Shown here: piece by piece, positions 8,410-18,600 of the stretch
Layout: each line of letters starts with the position of its first letter
Position numbering within the stretch: position 1 is the first letter of the stretch
NCBI GenBank assembly: GCA_963662585.1
Contig: OY759729.1
Location: 2,944,001-3,008,000, forward strand
Length of the DNA stretch: 64,000 nt
Direction: 5' to 3'
Origin: Candidatus Cloacimonadales bacterium
GTDB lineage: Bacteria > Cloacimonadota > Cloacimonadia > Cloacimonadales > JAFGVF01
Notes under the pieces: generated by a model
What the model saw: only the letters and a program-made list of their open reading frames with translations
What the model was told of the DNA's origin: nothing
Database searches by the model: none
Position numbers and translations under genes: made by a program

Positions 8410-10062
8410 CTAATCTTTCCGACACCTAAGTTATTGCAAATAAAATACTAATTTGCACATCATAGCGACTCATATGTCTTTTTATCAGTTGATTATGCAA
8501 TTCTGCCATTATACCGAATATCTACCTCTGTGATTTTATCTATAATTTCTTCATTTTCAAAGAATTTTCTTATCATGATATCAACATCCTTTCTTAACTC
8601 AGTTAAATTTGTGTATCCATAAGCTATTGAATAATCGATGAAGTCTTTTACTTTTTGAGTAAAAATCGTATTAATAAATATGATTAATGATGCATCTTCA
8701 ATCTCTTCATAAAATTCAATTAATAACTGTTCCATAGAAGGATATGGTTTTTGCTGTTTTTTGTAACATAGTATGTTATAAAAAACATACCTAATAGTCA
8801 AATCAGCTATCATAGCAGAGTATTTTGAAGAATGGCTCTGATTATATCCAAAATATTGTTTAATCTCTTTAAATACACATTCTATTGACCATCTTCTCAT
8901 ATAAATTTTTAAAACTTCTATTTCTGAAAGTTGTAAATCAGTTGCTAAAATAGCCTTCCATCTTTTAACATTAGGGTACTTAAAAAAGCATATTTTAATC
9001 TTTTCTATTACTTTTCTTTCATTTATTTTTCTTGAACTTGAAGTATCTAATAATTCAACAATAACAGATTTATATTTTATTCCTGATTTCCTATCATAAA
9101 ACCATTTATCAGCTATTTTGTTTAGGGTTTTCAAATCACAAAATTGACTTTTAAAATTATATTTCTGAGAACCATTTTTTAACATAGACACTAGTGTTAT
9201 TCCAAGTGGTACAAGTCTTTCAAATACAAAGTTATAACTTGTGTTGTTATTGAACCAAGAATCCCATAATACATATTTAAAAGGTATTTTTCTCTGAATA
9301 GTGCGTTTTATCATTTTAATTACAATTTGAGTCTTCTTTTCTTTTGAGAAACGATTTCTTTGCTCAGTATGAGTGCCTTTGTGGTATCTGGGTATTTTTG
9401 ACTTTTTGACTTTTTTCTTTCCAATTCTTAATTCAAAATCTAATACAATAGCTGATACCCCATTACTCCACACTTCAGTTATGTTTTGAAACCCTTTGAA
9501 GTATTTTGATAAACAGTGATCATGAAACCAACAGATATATTCTGTCTTTTTCCCTGTTTTTACTTTCGATGTATCATCAAAAATTATACAATTATCATTT
9601 TCACAGGAAGTATCACTTAGCTTAATAAACCTTAAAGCAACTTTATATAATAGATTTCTCCATTTATAATTAGAGTTGTTTAGCATATCATTAATGGGTG
9701 TTTTAAATTTTGATATATTATTGAATTTTAGACCAAAATATAAGGAATTTTTATTCTCAAGAATCATGAACATAAAAAGAAGCATCAATTCAATGATGGT
9801 ATGACCTTTTTGTTTTACTATACCAACTTGCTTCAAAATACTTCCAAATTTAAATATTTCATATAACTCTATTATTAATCCTGAATTCAAGCTTGACACT
9901 TTTACCTGTTTGTATTTTTTTAGCATATATACCTCGTTTTTTATAGTTTCGTTTATTTCCGTAAACAACTAAACTATAATCATATACGAGGTATTTTTGT
10001 CTAGAAGAAAATTGACTTATTTTGCTGTTAAACAACAACTTAACTCATGTCGGAAAGATTAG
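8410..10062 (-). mobile_element. IS4-family insertion sequence (~1.65 kb)
   Basis: Terminal inverted repeats CTAATCTTTCCGACA (8410) and TGTCGGAAAGATTAG (ending 10062) flank a DDE transposase. No target duplication visible. Confidence 0.85.
8493..9926 (-). CDS. IS4-family DDE transposase
   Basis: IIFDDT, LWDSWF, YMRRWSIECVFKEIKQ (YREK-like motif). Likely start ATG 9926 after a GAGG RBS that lies in a hairpin. Confidence 0.9.
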   Translation of the reverse strand: MLKKYKQVKVSSLNSGLIIELYEIFKFGSILKQVGIVKQKGHTIIELMLLFMFMILENKNSLYFGLKFNNISKFKTPINDMLNNSNYKWRNLLYKVALRFIKLSDTSCENDNCIIFDDTSKVKTGKKTEYICWFHDHCLSKYFKGFQNITEVWSNGVSAIVLDFELRIGKKKVKKSKIPRYHKGTHTEQRNRFSKEKKTQIVIKMIKRTIQRKIPFKYVLWDSWFNNNTSYNFVFERLVPLGITLVSMLKNGSQKYNFKSQFCDLKTLNKIADKWFYDRKSGIKYKSVIVELLDTSSSRKINERKVIEKIKICFFKYPNVKRWKAILATDLQLSEIEVLKIYMRRWSIECVFKEIKQYFGYNQSHSSKYSAMIADLTIRYVFYNILCYKKQQKPYPSMEQLLIEFYEEIEDASLIIFINTIFTQKVKDFIDYSIAYGYTNLTELRKDVDIMIRKFFENEEIIDKITEVDIRYNGRIA

Positions 10063-10358
10063 TGATAATTACACCTTCATTTGTTAACTCAAATTTGTTG
10101 TGGCTACTATCAATGATGAGCTCTAATTTCCCGAAATATTTTTCTATAATTTCTGATATTGCCAATCGGTTATTTTTGGCTAAAGTTAAAGTCTGGTGGT
10201 AGAAAAGAAGTTTTTATAAAAATAAAATACTATATAACAACATGCTATCCTGATTATGTAAATATATATAGTAACTTGTACTTACTATTCTACTAACCAA
10301 GCACGCAAAGAACAATGACTATACCACCAGACTTGGTCAAGAGCTATATAATCTAATG

Positions 10359-12911
10359 TTATTTTTTATAAGTTTTCTCCCATAGTCTTTGAAATGTAAA
10401 ATCATTTATCTCCTTTAGATACTCTTCACCAATTTTTGAGAAGCTAGATGGAATTTCAGTTATTTCTGGTGCAGAATAAAGACCAAGAAGGAGGAGCATG
10501 AATTTTTCTTCTGCAGTAGTACCCATTTTTGTAATTTCTGTGATTCCAGCTAAATCACCCTCTACTGCTTTATCTTTTAGTTTTTGCAATTGTTTACTGT
10601 ATCTATTTTCTCTTTCAAAATGATAGTCTCGAGCATAAGAAAATATTTTGTTCATATTCGAACCATTTTCATCAGTTTCAATCAGTATCTTTTGGGCAAG
10701 ACGAAATCCTGACTGAATAGGGGATGCATTACCGCAGACATCAAATACTTCTGAACGATAATTATCATCGTCAAGATTAACTAAAATATCTTTTAAAATG
10801 CTTTCCTTATCGATTCCTTCAGATCTATATTGTTCTTCAAGATGTATAATCAGATAACGCAAAATATACTCTTTTGCCCAACCCCGTTTATCTTTACATT
10901 TCAGGCACCAATCGGTAATTTTTTTCTTACTTCTAAAAAGCTTTTCTTGATTACTATCGTCTCCCTTAATATACTCACGCAAAGACTCATGAAATAGCTG
11001 ATATGTTTTTTTTCTGATAGGGTTTTCTATGCATAGTTCTTGGCAAGCATTCAAAGCTTTTTTTTCAGCTAATTCGTCATCTACACCGCAGATTGAAGCT
11101 AACATCTCTCCGGAAAGATAATCTTTTGCAACTGCCAGAGTTCTTAGAAATTCTAATGAAAATGGGGTTTGACTTATTCTCTCGAATATCTTTTCGTACA
11201 TTTCTTCCATTTTTTCAGGTAGATTGATAGCATTGTTAATTTTAAAATCACCTTGGTAAAGACCTTCACATAATAACTTGAGGTAAAGAGGGTTACCTTT
11301 GCTTTTTACCGATACTGCCTCAACATAATCTTGATGTAAATCATATTTATTTACATGCTCATGTAGCAATGATCGGGTATCTTCTATACTAAGCCCGCTA
11401 ATTTTTAATTGATTGTGATTTTCTCGATCTAGCCTATTATAGACTTTTTCTTTGACTTCAGGATTTTCTCGTGATGAATAAATAACCAAAATTTTACTAG
11501 GTACATAGGCAGGTAGGGATTCTAGTAATTCTTCTACTTCAGCCCCTTCGTCGAGACCATCAATAATCAAAACAAGTCGTTGATGGGATTTTAGAATTCC
11601 CGAAATGTGTTCTAGTGATTGAGAAATCGCTTCTTGTTTTTCTTTTATACTAGCCCCAGGTTTTATACCTGTACGGTAGTTGCGTTGTAAGCTAGCAAAC
11701 ATATGATCTAAAAATTGATCAGTGTTGTTTGTTCGCATATCTCTTCTGATAAAATATTCAATAATACATAGATCAGAAGCTGATATACCACCTATAATCC
11801 CAGCTTGTTCTCTAATCATTTGTGACCATCCTAACATCTGAACAGTTCTTGCTAAAAGTGCACTTTTTCCTACACCAGGACCTCCCCAAATCATCAAAAA
11901 ACCTCTTTCGTTCTGAGATAAAAAATCTGTCATTTTTTGTAGTTCTTTTTTTCTACCTTTGAAGTTCTCTGTAAGTAGCTCTACTTTGTCTTTAAATTTA
12001 TCTGATGAAATTTCTTGCCAATCATAAATGGGATATTTTTGTAGAAGTTCATCTTTTAATGAAGAGCTCCTTTCATGTAGGCATCTATCATAATTAAGAA
12101 TAGTTGCTTCTTTTTCACGAAAATCATTGTAAAAGAAGTAAAGATTCAAATCCTTTTTTAAGATAATTAAGGGATGAAGAGATAGTGGACTCCCATCTTT
12201 TTTTAAAATATATACTTTTTCATTCTCTACTTTTAATTCTATATTTCTAAGATGATAAGCTTTTGAAAGCAAATTTTTAAAACGGGGAAGATATTTATCT
12301 AGATCACTTTGACACTGTTTATCAGGAGGTGTAGCTCCGTGAGCATACCCATTCCGGAAACTTATTAGATTATCTCCTTTTTCAAGTTCTTTGAATAACA
12401 ACCCTTTATTACTAAGATACTTTTCTATTCCTAGTAAAGCTGGTTGGTAGTTACTTTTGATCATATCTTGATTACATTCTCTAGCAAATGCCCACCAAAT
12501 ACCTAGACTCGGAGTTCTCAATCCTTTACAGAGAAGCCCTTTCAGGCTGTCTGAGACATTTTCTTTTTCAAAATAGTCACTGACAACAATAACAGTATGC
12601 AATTTTATAAAGGCTTCGATGGCATCAATTAATCGATGAACTTTACGAAAAGGTTGAATCTCTTCATTAAGCTCTTTGATTACTTGTCTGAGTATGTGAG
12701 GAAGTTCTTCCTCTTTCACATCTACTTCTTTTTTCTCTTTAATGATTATTTTACATAAGGGGGGATCTAAAGAAGGATTTACTTCAACAAGGTCACTGTG
12801 AAGTTCTTCTGCTTCTAGCAAAGCTGTTTGTAAGGGTACAATTGTGGGTTTCTTGTATGATGGTGAGATTAATTGAATTGGATCTGTATCTATTTCTCTA
12901 TTTTTTCTCAT
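10359..12911 (-). CDS. IF3-N-like domain + HEPN-like domain + NACHT/STAND NTPase
   Basis: N-terminal DLVEVNPSLDPPLCKI; PSLGIW...FRNGYAHG; Walker A GGPGVGKS; Walker B LVLIIDGLDE; GNPLYL; YQLFHESLREYI winged-helix motif. Confidence 0.85.
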   Translation of the reverse strand: MRKNREIDTDPIQLISPSYKKPTIVPLQTALLEAEELHSDLVEVNPSLDPPLCKIIIKEKKEVDVKEEELPHILRQVIKELNEEIQPFRKVHRLIDAIEAFIKLHTVIVVSDYFEKENVSDSLKGLLCKGLRTPSLGIWWAFARECNQDMIKSNYQPALLGIEKYLSNKGLLFKELEKGDNLISFRNGYAHGATPPDKQCQSDLDKYLPRFKNLLSKAYHLRNIELKVENEKVYILKKDGSPLSLHPLIILKKDLNLYFFYNDFREKEATILNYDRCLHERSSSLKDELLQKYPIYDWQEISSDKFKDKVELLTENFKGRKKELQKMTDFLSQNERGFLMIWGGPGVGKSALLARTVQMLGWSQMIREQAGIIGGISASDLCIIEYFIRRDMRTNNTDQFLDHMFASLQRNYRTGIKPGASIKEKQEAISQSLEHISGILKSHQRLVLIIDGLDEGAEVEELLESLPAYVPSKILVIYSSRENPEVKEKVYNRLDRENHNQLKISGLSIEDTRSLLHEHVNKYDLHQDYVEAVSVKSKGNPLYLKLLCEGLYQGDFKINNAINLPEKMEEMYEKIFERISQTPFSLEFLRTLAVAKDYLSGEMLASICGVDDELAEKKALNACQELCIENPIRKKTYQLFHESLREYIKGDDSNQEKLFRSKKKITDWCLKCKDKRGWAKEYILRYLIIHLEEQYRSEGIDKESILKDILVNLDDDNYRSEVFDVCGNASPIQSGFRLAQKILIETDENGSNMNKIFSYARDYHFERENRYSKQLQKLKDKAVEGDLAGITEITKMGTTAEEKFMLLLLGLYSAPEITEIPSSFSKIGEEYLKEINDFTFQRLWEKTYKK

Positions 12912-12913
12912 TT

Positions 12914-15694
12914 TTACTCTCCTTTTGCAATTCGATCAATAATTTCATCAACATCGAGTTTTTCTAATAGTTCTTCTTCCATAAGAGAGAGTAAAATCCC
13001 TTTTTTTAGATATCCTGCTACTAGATCAGGTTTATTCTCTATTTTGCTGATATAATTTTTTAATTTCCGTTTATTGATATATTCACCAATAATATCACTG
13101 TTAAGAAATGTCTCAACCAGTTCTCGAGAATTAGTATCCTCTGAAGAATCTGGAAAAAATTCTTTGATAAGATTCTTGACAAACTCTGATTCGGGATGTT
13201 GTTTCAATAAAGTTTCAAGAAGAAGAGTGAGTTGTTCCGATTCTGTTTCCATTATAAAAAGTAACTGATATACATTTTTAATAGGTTCTGTAAATTCAGG
13301 TATATTCATTAACTTGCTAGCCAATCTACTCTTAATCATAAAGTCATTTACCTCATTCAGCATTATACCAGCTTCTTCAGGAGAGTTCTTTGCTAAAATA
13401 CCAATAAAATTAGCTAATAATTTCTCTTTTATATGTGGAGAAGAAATTTCTTGAAGACAAGTTTTTGCTTTCTTAATATTATTAGCTTGAAGATAATAGT
13501 TTGAAATTGCTGAATAGACTTTATCTCTCCAAAGGGGATTATTTAAATCAGAAATTAATTCCAATATCTTCTTTACTTTTTCATTAATCCCCATTACTGA
13601 ATAGAATAAGCATGCTTCTGGAGCAATCTTTCTTAGTTCTTTTGTATCATTATAAAAGGGCTCTAACAAGTTTTCAACATAATCAGTAGACCATTCTCTA
13701 GCATTCTCTTCTATATCTGTAAGTTTAGATAATATAGTAGGAGTGAATTTTTCAGGGAAAGATTGGTTAAAAATTTTTTTATATAAGGGATATTTTAACT
13801 TTATAGCAGAAGTAAAAAATCTTTTTATTGTTTCTGTTTCCAGCTCTTTTAGTTTTAAGAGAATTTCCAGAACCTTTAGATGGTTGGTTACATCTAGTTT
13901 TTGTAAGACTAAAAAATCAAGCACTTTAAAAAGTGTTTCTGTATACTTTTTGATATCATGTGTTTTTTCTAGCAGAGCAACCCACTCTTTAATATTATTT
14001 TCAATAAATTCTACATCTTGTCTCTTCATAGAAGTTGTCATTAAAATCATGGCTTTTCTAAAAGGATTAATATTATATTCTAGTTCTCGCAAATTGATAC
14101 AATTTGCTAAAGGGTCAATACTTTTCATTGCAATACAATCATACAATCTTAACTCTTTTAAAGAATGTAGATAACTAATACTTGAAATATCGATTAAAGA
14201 TCCACACCAGCTTAAATCTAATTCTATAAGATTGGTAAGATTTGCAAGTCCATCAATATTTTGCAATGAATCACACGAATTTAAATTTAATGTAGTCAGA
14301 TTGGTAAGATTTGCAAGTCCATCAATATTTTGCAATGAATCACACGAACTTAAATTTAATTCAGTTATGTTCGTGAGATTTTTCAGTTCATCAATATTCT
14401 TTAGTGAATTACAAGAACTTAAATGTAATTCAGTCAGATTCGTGAGATTTTTCAGTCCATCAATATTCTTTAATGATTTACAGGAGCTTAAAATTAACTC
14501 AGTCAGATTCGTAAGATTTTTCAGTCCATCAATATTCTTTAGTGATTCACAGGAGCTTAAACTTAAGCCAGTCAGATTTGTGAGATTTTCTAGTCCATCA
14601 ATATTTTTTAGTGAATTACAATAGCTTAAATCTAATCCAGTCAGATTAGTGAGATTTTTCAGTCCATCAATATTCTTTAGTGAATAACAATAGCTTAAAA
14701 TTAATACAGTAAGATTCGTGAGATTTTTCAGTCCATCAATATTCTCTAGTAATTCACACCAGCTTAAATCTAATCCAGTCAGATTAGTGAGATTTTTAAG
14801 TTTATCAATATTCTCCAGTAATTCACAGGAGCTTAAATCTAATTCAGTCAGATTGGTAAGGTTTACTAATCCATCAACATTCTCTAGTGATTTACAGGAG
14901 CTTAAATTTAATTCAGTCAGGTTCGTGAGATTTTTCAGTCCATCAATATTCTTTAGTGATTCACAGGAGCTTAAACTTAAGCCAGTCAGATCCATGAGGT
15001 TTTTCATTCCATCAACATCTTCTAGTGATTTACAGTAGCTTAAATCCAATTTTGTCAGATTGGTGAGATTTTTCAGTCCATCAATATTCTTTAGTGATTC
15101 ACAGGAGCTTAAACTTAAGACAGTCAGATCGATGAGGTTTTTCATTCCATCAATATTCTCTAGTAATTCACAGGAGCTTAAATTTAATTCAGTCAGATTA
15201 GTGAGATTTTTCAGTCCATCAACATTCTCTAGTGATTCACAAGAGCTTAAATCTATTTCGGTCAGATTCGTAAGATTTACTAATCCATCAACATTCTCTA
15301 GTGATTCACAGGAGCTTAAATCCAATTCAGTTAGATTGATAAGATTTTTTAGTCCATCAATATTCTTTAGTGATTCACAGAAGCATAAATCTAATTCAGT
15401 CAGATTGGTAAGATTTATTAATCCATCAACATTCTCTAGTGATTCACAGGAGCTTAAATTTAATTTAGTCAGTTTCGTGAGATTTTTCAGTCCATCAATA
15501 TTCTTTAATGATTCACAGGATCTTAAATTTAACTCAGTCAGATTCGTAAGATTTACTAATCCATCAACATTCTCTAGTGATCTACAGTAGTTTAAATCCA
15601 ATTCAGTTAGATTTTCTTTGTCCTGAAACTTAGAAAAATCGATTATTTCTTCATTTCTTGCTTCAGCAATATCTTCTAATTTTCTTATTTCCAC
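12914..15694 (-). CDS. Leucine-rich-repeat protein (~22 x 23-aa LRR) with helical C-terminal domain
   Basis: Repeats NLTELxLSSCESLKNIDGLKNLT. GTG start with AAGGAG RBS. No signal peptide. Confidence 0.9.
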   Translation of the reverse strand: MEIRKLEDIAEARNEEIIDFSKFQDKENLTELDLNYCRSLENVDGLVNLTNLTELNLRSCESLKNIDGLKNLTKLTKLNLSSCESLENVDGLINLTNLTELDLCFCESLKNIDGLKNLINLTELDLSSCESLENVDGLVNLTNLTEIDLSSCESLENVDGLKNLTNLTELNLSSCELLENIDGMKNLIDLTVLSLSSCESLKNIDGLKNLTNLTKLDLSYCKSLEDVDGMKNLMDLTGLSLSSCESLKNIDGLKNLTNLTELNLSSCKSLENVDGLVNLTNLTELDLSSCELLENIDKLKNLTNLTGLDLSWCELLENIDGLKNLTNLTVLILSYCYSLKNIDGLKNLTNLTGLDLSYCNSLKNIDGLENLTNLTGLSLSSCESLKNIDGLKNLTNLTELILSSCKSLKNIDGLKNLTNLTELHLSSCNSLKNIDELKNLTNITELNLSSCDSLQNIDGLANLTNLTTLNLNSCDSLQNIDGLANLTNLIELDLSWCGSLIDISSISYLHSLKELRLYDCIAMKSIDPLANCINLRELEYNINPFRKAMILMTTSMKRQDVEFIENNIKEWVALLEKTHDIKKYTETLFKVLDFLVLQKLDVTNHLKVLEILLKLKELETETIKRFFTSAIKLKYPLYKKIFNQSFPEKFTPTILSKLTDIEENAREWSTDYVENLLEPFYNDTKELRKIAPEACLFYSVMGINEKVKKILELISDLNNPLWRDKVYSAISNYYLQANNIKKAKTCLQEISSPHIKEKLLANFIGILAKNSPEEAGIMLNEVNDFMIKSRLASKLMNIPEFTEPIKNVYQLLFIMETESEQLTLLLETLLKQHPESEFVKNLIKEFFPDSSEDTNSRELVETFLNSDIIGEYINKRKLKNYISKIENKPDLVAGYLKKGILLSLMEEELLEKLDVDEIIDRIAKGE
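14096..15613 (-). repeat. Tandem 69-bp LRR-coding repeats
   Basis: About 22 units. The first 20 are highly similar at DNA level (e.g. recurring AGTCCATCAATATTCTTTAGTGATTCACAGGAGCTTAAA on the + strand). Confidence 0.9.
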
Positions 15695-15696
15695 TT

Positions 15697-18600
15697 TTAC
15701 TCCTTAGTTATTATTACATTTAGCTTAGTTGTTATTTTCTTAAAATGGTCAGGTTCAATTTTTTTTGAACACTCCATTATAGCTTCAAGTAGTTTTTCTT
15801 TAGGATAATTAAATTTCATTTCTTGGATGGAATCTAAGTTATCAATAATGAAATTACAGTATTCATCAAGCTTATCCTTAGACTGGAGTTTAAAGGCGCA
15901 TTTTATCAAACCTGTAATAGCAAATGTTTTTGATATGATATCTTCTGAATAATCAAAGGAAATCTGGTAAGAATCCAGACTATTTGCATAATTCCCTAAT
16001 TTGAATTCGCATTCTCCTATTAGACTATTCATTTGGATTAGTCCAGTTCTATTATTTATCTTTTTAGATATTCTTAAATTTATATTAAAATGATATTTAG
16101 CTTCAGCAAAATCATCTTTAATCATAAGACATCTTCCAATTCCACTATTTGCCATGGCTAGTCCTAATTCATCATGTAAATGATATTTTTCAAAAATATT
16201 TAGTTGTTTACGATAAAAATCCTCAGCTTTGTAAGCAATCTCAGATTTATCTTCTTGATCATCTTGAATTGAATTTATTAAGAGATAAGCTAAAGAGTTA
16301 TAAACCCGACCTTGTATCTTTACTGCTTCGATACTGCCAGTTTTATTATCTAGTAACTCAAGTGCTTTTTCAAAGGAATCTTTAATTTCGTTGGAATTAA
16401 AACGCGGTAGGCATAAGCCAAGAAATTGAAAAATCTCAGCCTTTTCTAATGTATTTGAAACGCTTGGAAGTAATTGTTTTGCCAGCAATACAGCATTTTC
16501 AAAATAAACTTGTTTTCGGGTTAAATTTCCAGTATTGTATAATAATCTTAAAACCTTTATTAAAAGGCGGTTTGAATATGAAGTTATATTTTGTTCAAGG
16601 ACTTGTATCCAAAAATCAGCTTTTTCAATCATTGTTATGTTGCCCGTCAAATGTAGTATATTCAACTCTAAAACTTGACATTCTTCTGCAATTTCTTTCT
16701 TTCTTCCGATAATAGTTGCACACTCTTCAGCCATCTGTAAATACTCTTTTGCTGTATTGTAAGAATAATTACCTTGAGCAGACTGAGAGGCCTTAACGCA
16801 GTATTTATACCCTTTATCGGCAAAGGTAGAACCTGCAGCGTAGAAGTGCAATGCTAAATCGTATAAGTGCTGATTTGAAAGAGATAGTGTTTTTTCTAAA
16901 GACAGAGCTATTCTAGCATGGAATTCTCTTACTAATTGAGATACAGTGTTGTCATTAGGTCCTTTGGCTTTTATAGACATCTTACTGCGTAATGCTTCCA
17001 ATACAAAAGAGCTGTTAAATGTATAAAAATCATCATTTTCTTTTACATCAGAGATTAACTGAGTTCTTGTTTCTATTAAATCAAGGAGTTTAATAAGTTT
17101 TAATTTTGACATTTCTAAGCTTTCTGCAACAATACTAATCTTGAAAGTCTTTCCTATACAAGCTGCACATAATAGAACTTCTTCATATTCAGGGAATTTA
17201 TCAATATAATCTTCAATAATCTTTCGCATATTTTCAGGAACAGGAAAAGCATTGTTTTCGTTGAATTTATCAGACCAATCAAAGCCTTTATCTTTCTTAA
17301 CAAAGTAGCCTTCTTTTATGAGAAACTTTAGCATTTCAGTCAACCAGTGCAATTCGCCTTTCCCTGATAAATCTCTGCCGAGTTCATTTACTATTCTATT
17401 GGAGACTCTTCTATATAACCCTAGATTCTCTTCAAGTAATCTGACTTTATCCTCTGGAAGTAATTCTGTAACCTCGGTAATTGAATCCTCATTAACTAAT
17501 TCACATAATTGTTCCTTAGTACGAGAAACTATTATCAATCTTATATTTAAATCAGCTTTTTCAATCTCATCGATTAAGAAAAGTAGTAGTTCCTTCGATG
17601 AATCATCAGCCCATTGGACATCATCAATACCTATGAACAATTCACATTCCTCGGACAATTTTTTTAACAAATCAAGAATTGCAATATGAATTTCTGTTTT
17701 ACCAGAAATAATATTATCTTCCTCAGAAGAGGGTGGTATAAATATACTTGATAAAGGTATGACATTATCTAATAAAGAATTTACTACGGAATCAAACTGA
17801 TTACAACTTTTAGTTATCTGAATTAGATTTATATTCAGTTTCTCTGATAGAGCTTTCTGAAATGGAGCATAAGGTATTTTACATGTCTGCTCATTAAAAC
17901 TTTCAGGGCAGTTTCCATATAGGATTTCTGAACTGCCATCGTTTAGTAGTTTTTGTAACAAAGAGGTTTTACCTCTACCAGAGTTCCCAAAAATTCCGAT
18001 TACTTTATTTTTTTTTATTAAGAGTTCAGCTTTATGAAAAGAACTAAATTTAACATAAATTGGATTCTCAATTCTGGCTTCGAATTCTTTAAGATTGGCT
18101 GGTGAATCAATAGGATTAGATTTGGCTTCATTTACTGCTAAAGTAGATTTCTTTTTCTGAACTTTGTTGCCACTAATTAATCGAGGAGATAATAATAACA
18201 AAATACTAAATCCTGCGAGAATCATATATTGAATATTACCTAAGAAAATTACAGTTCCAAGAATAATTGCAGATAATACAGGGCTTATTAAATCCATAAC
18301 ATTTTTTATGAGTTTATTTTGATAAAAATGTCTAGCTAAAATAAATGAAATAAAAATCACTAAACACAGCAAGAAAAAACTGATAAGGATTCCTTTAATT
18401 TCAAAGAATAGAATAAACAATGACGAGAAGTAACCAACTGTACCAAATGCCGTTGCTGAGAAAATTATAAAAGGATCTTTAATCTGCTGGAGCAAATTGA
18501 ATCTCTGTGACAGAACTTTGAAAATAAATAAAGGGGATAGTATGATTAGAGTTCCGGTGAGTATGGGCCACCAGAATGATAATATCGCTAAATTCTCACT

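Noticed and set aside
12738..12911. Annotating the gene as infC
   Set aside because: Only the N-domain is present, it is fused in-frame to an 850-aa NTPase, and the thrS/rpmI/rplT context is absent.
13074..15590. + strand ORFs within the LRR gene
   Set aside because: Antisense shadows produced by the repetitive, stop-poor reverse frame; no RBS or domain features.
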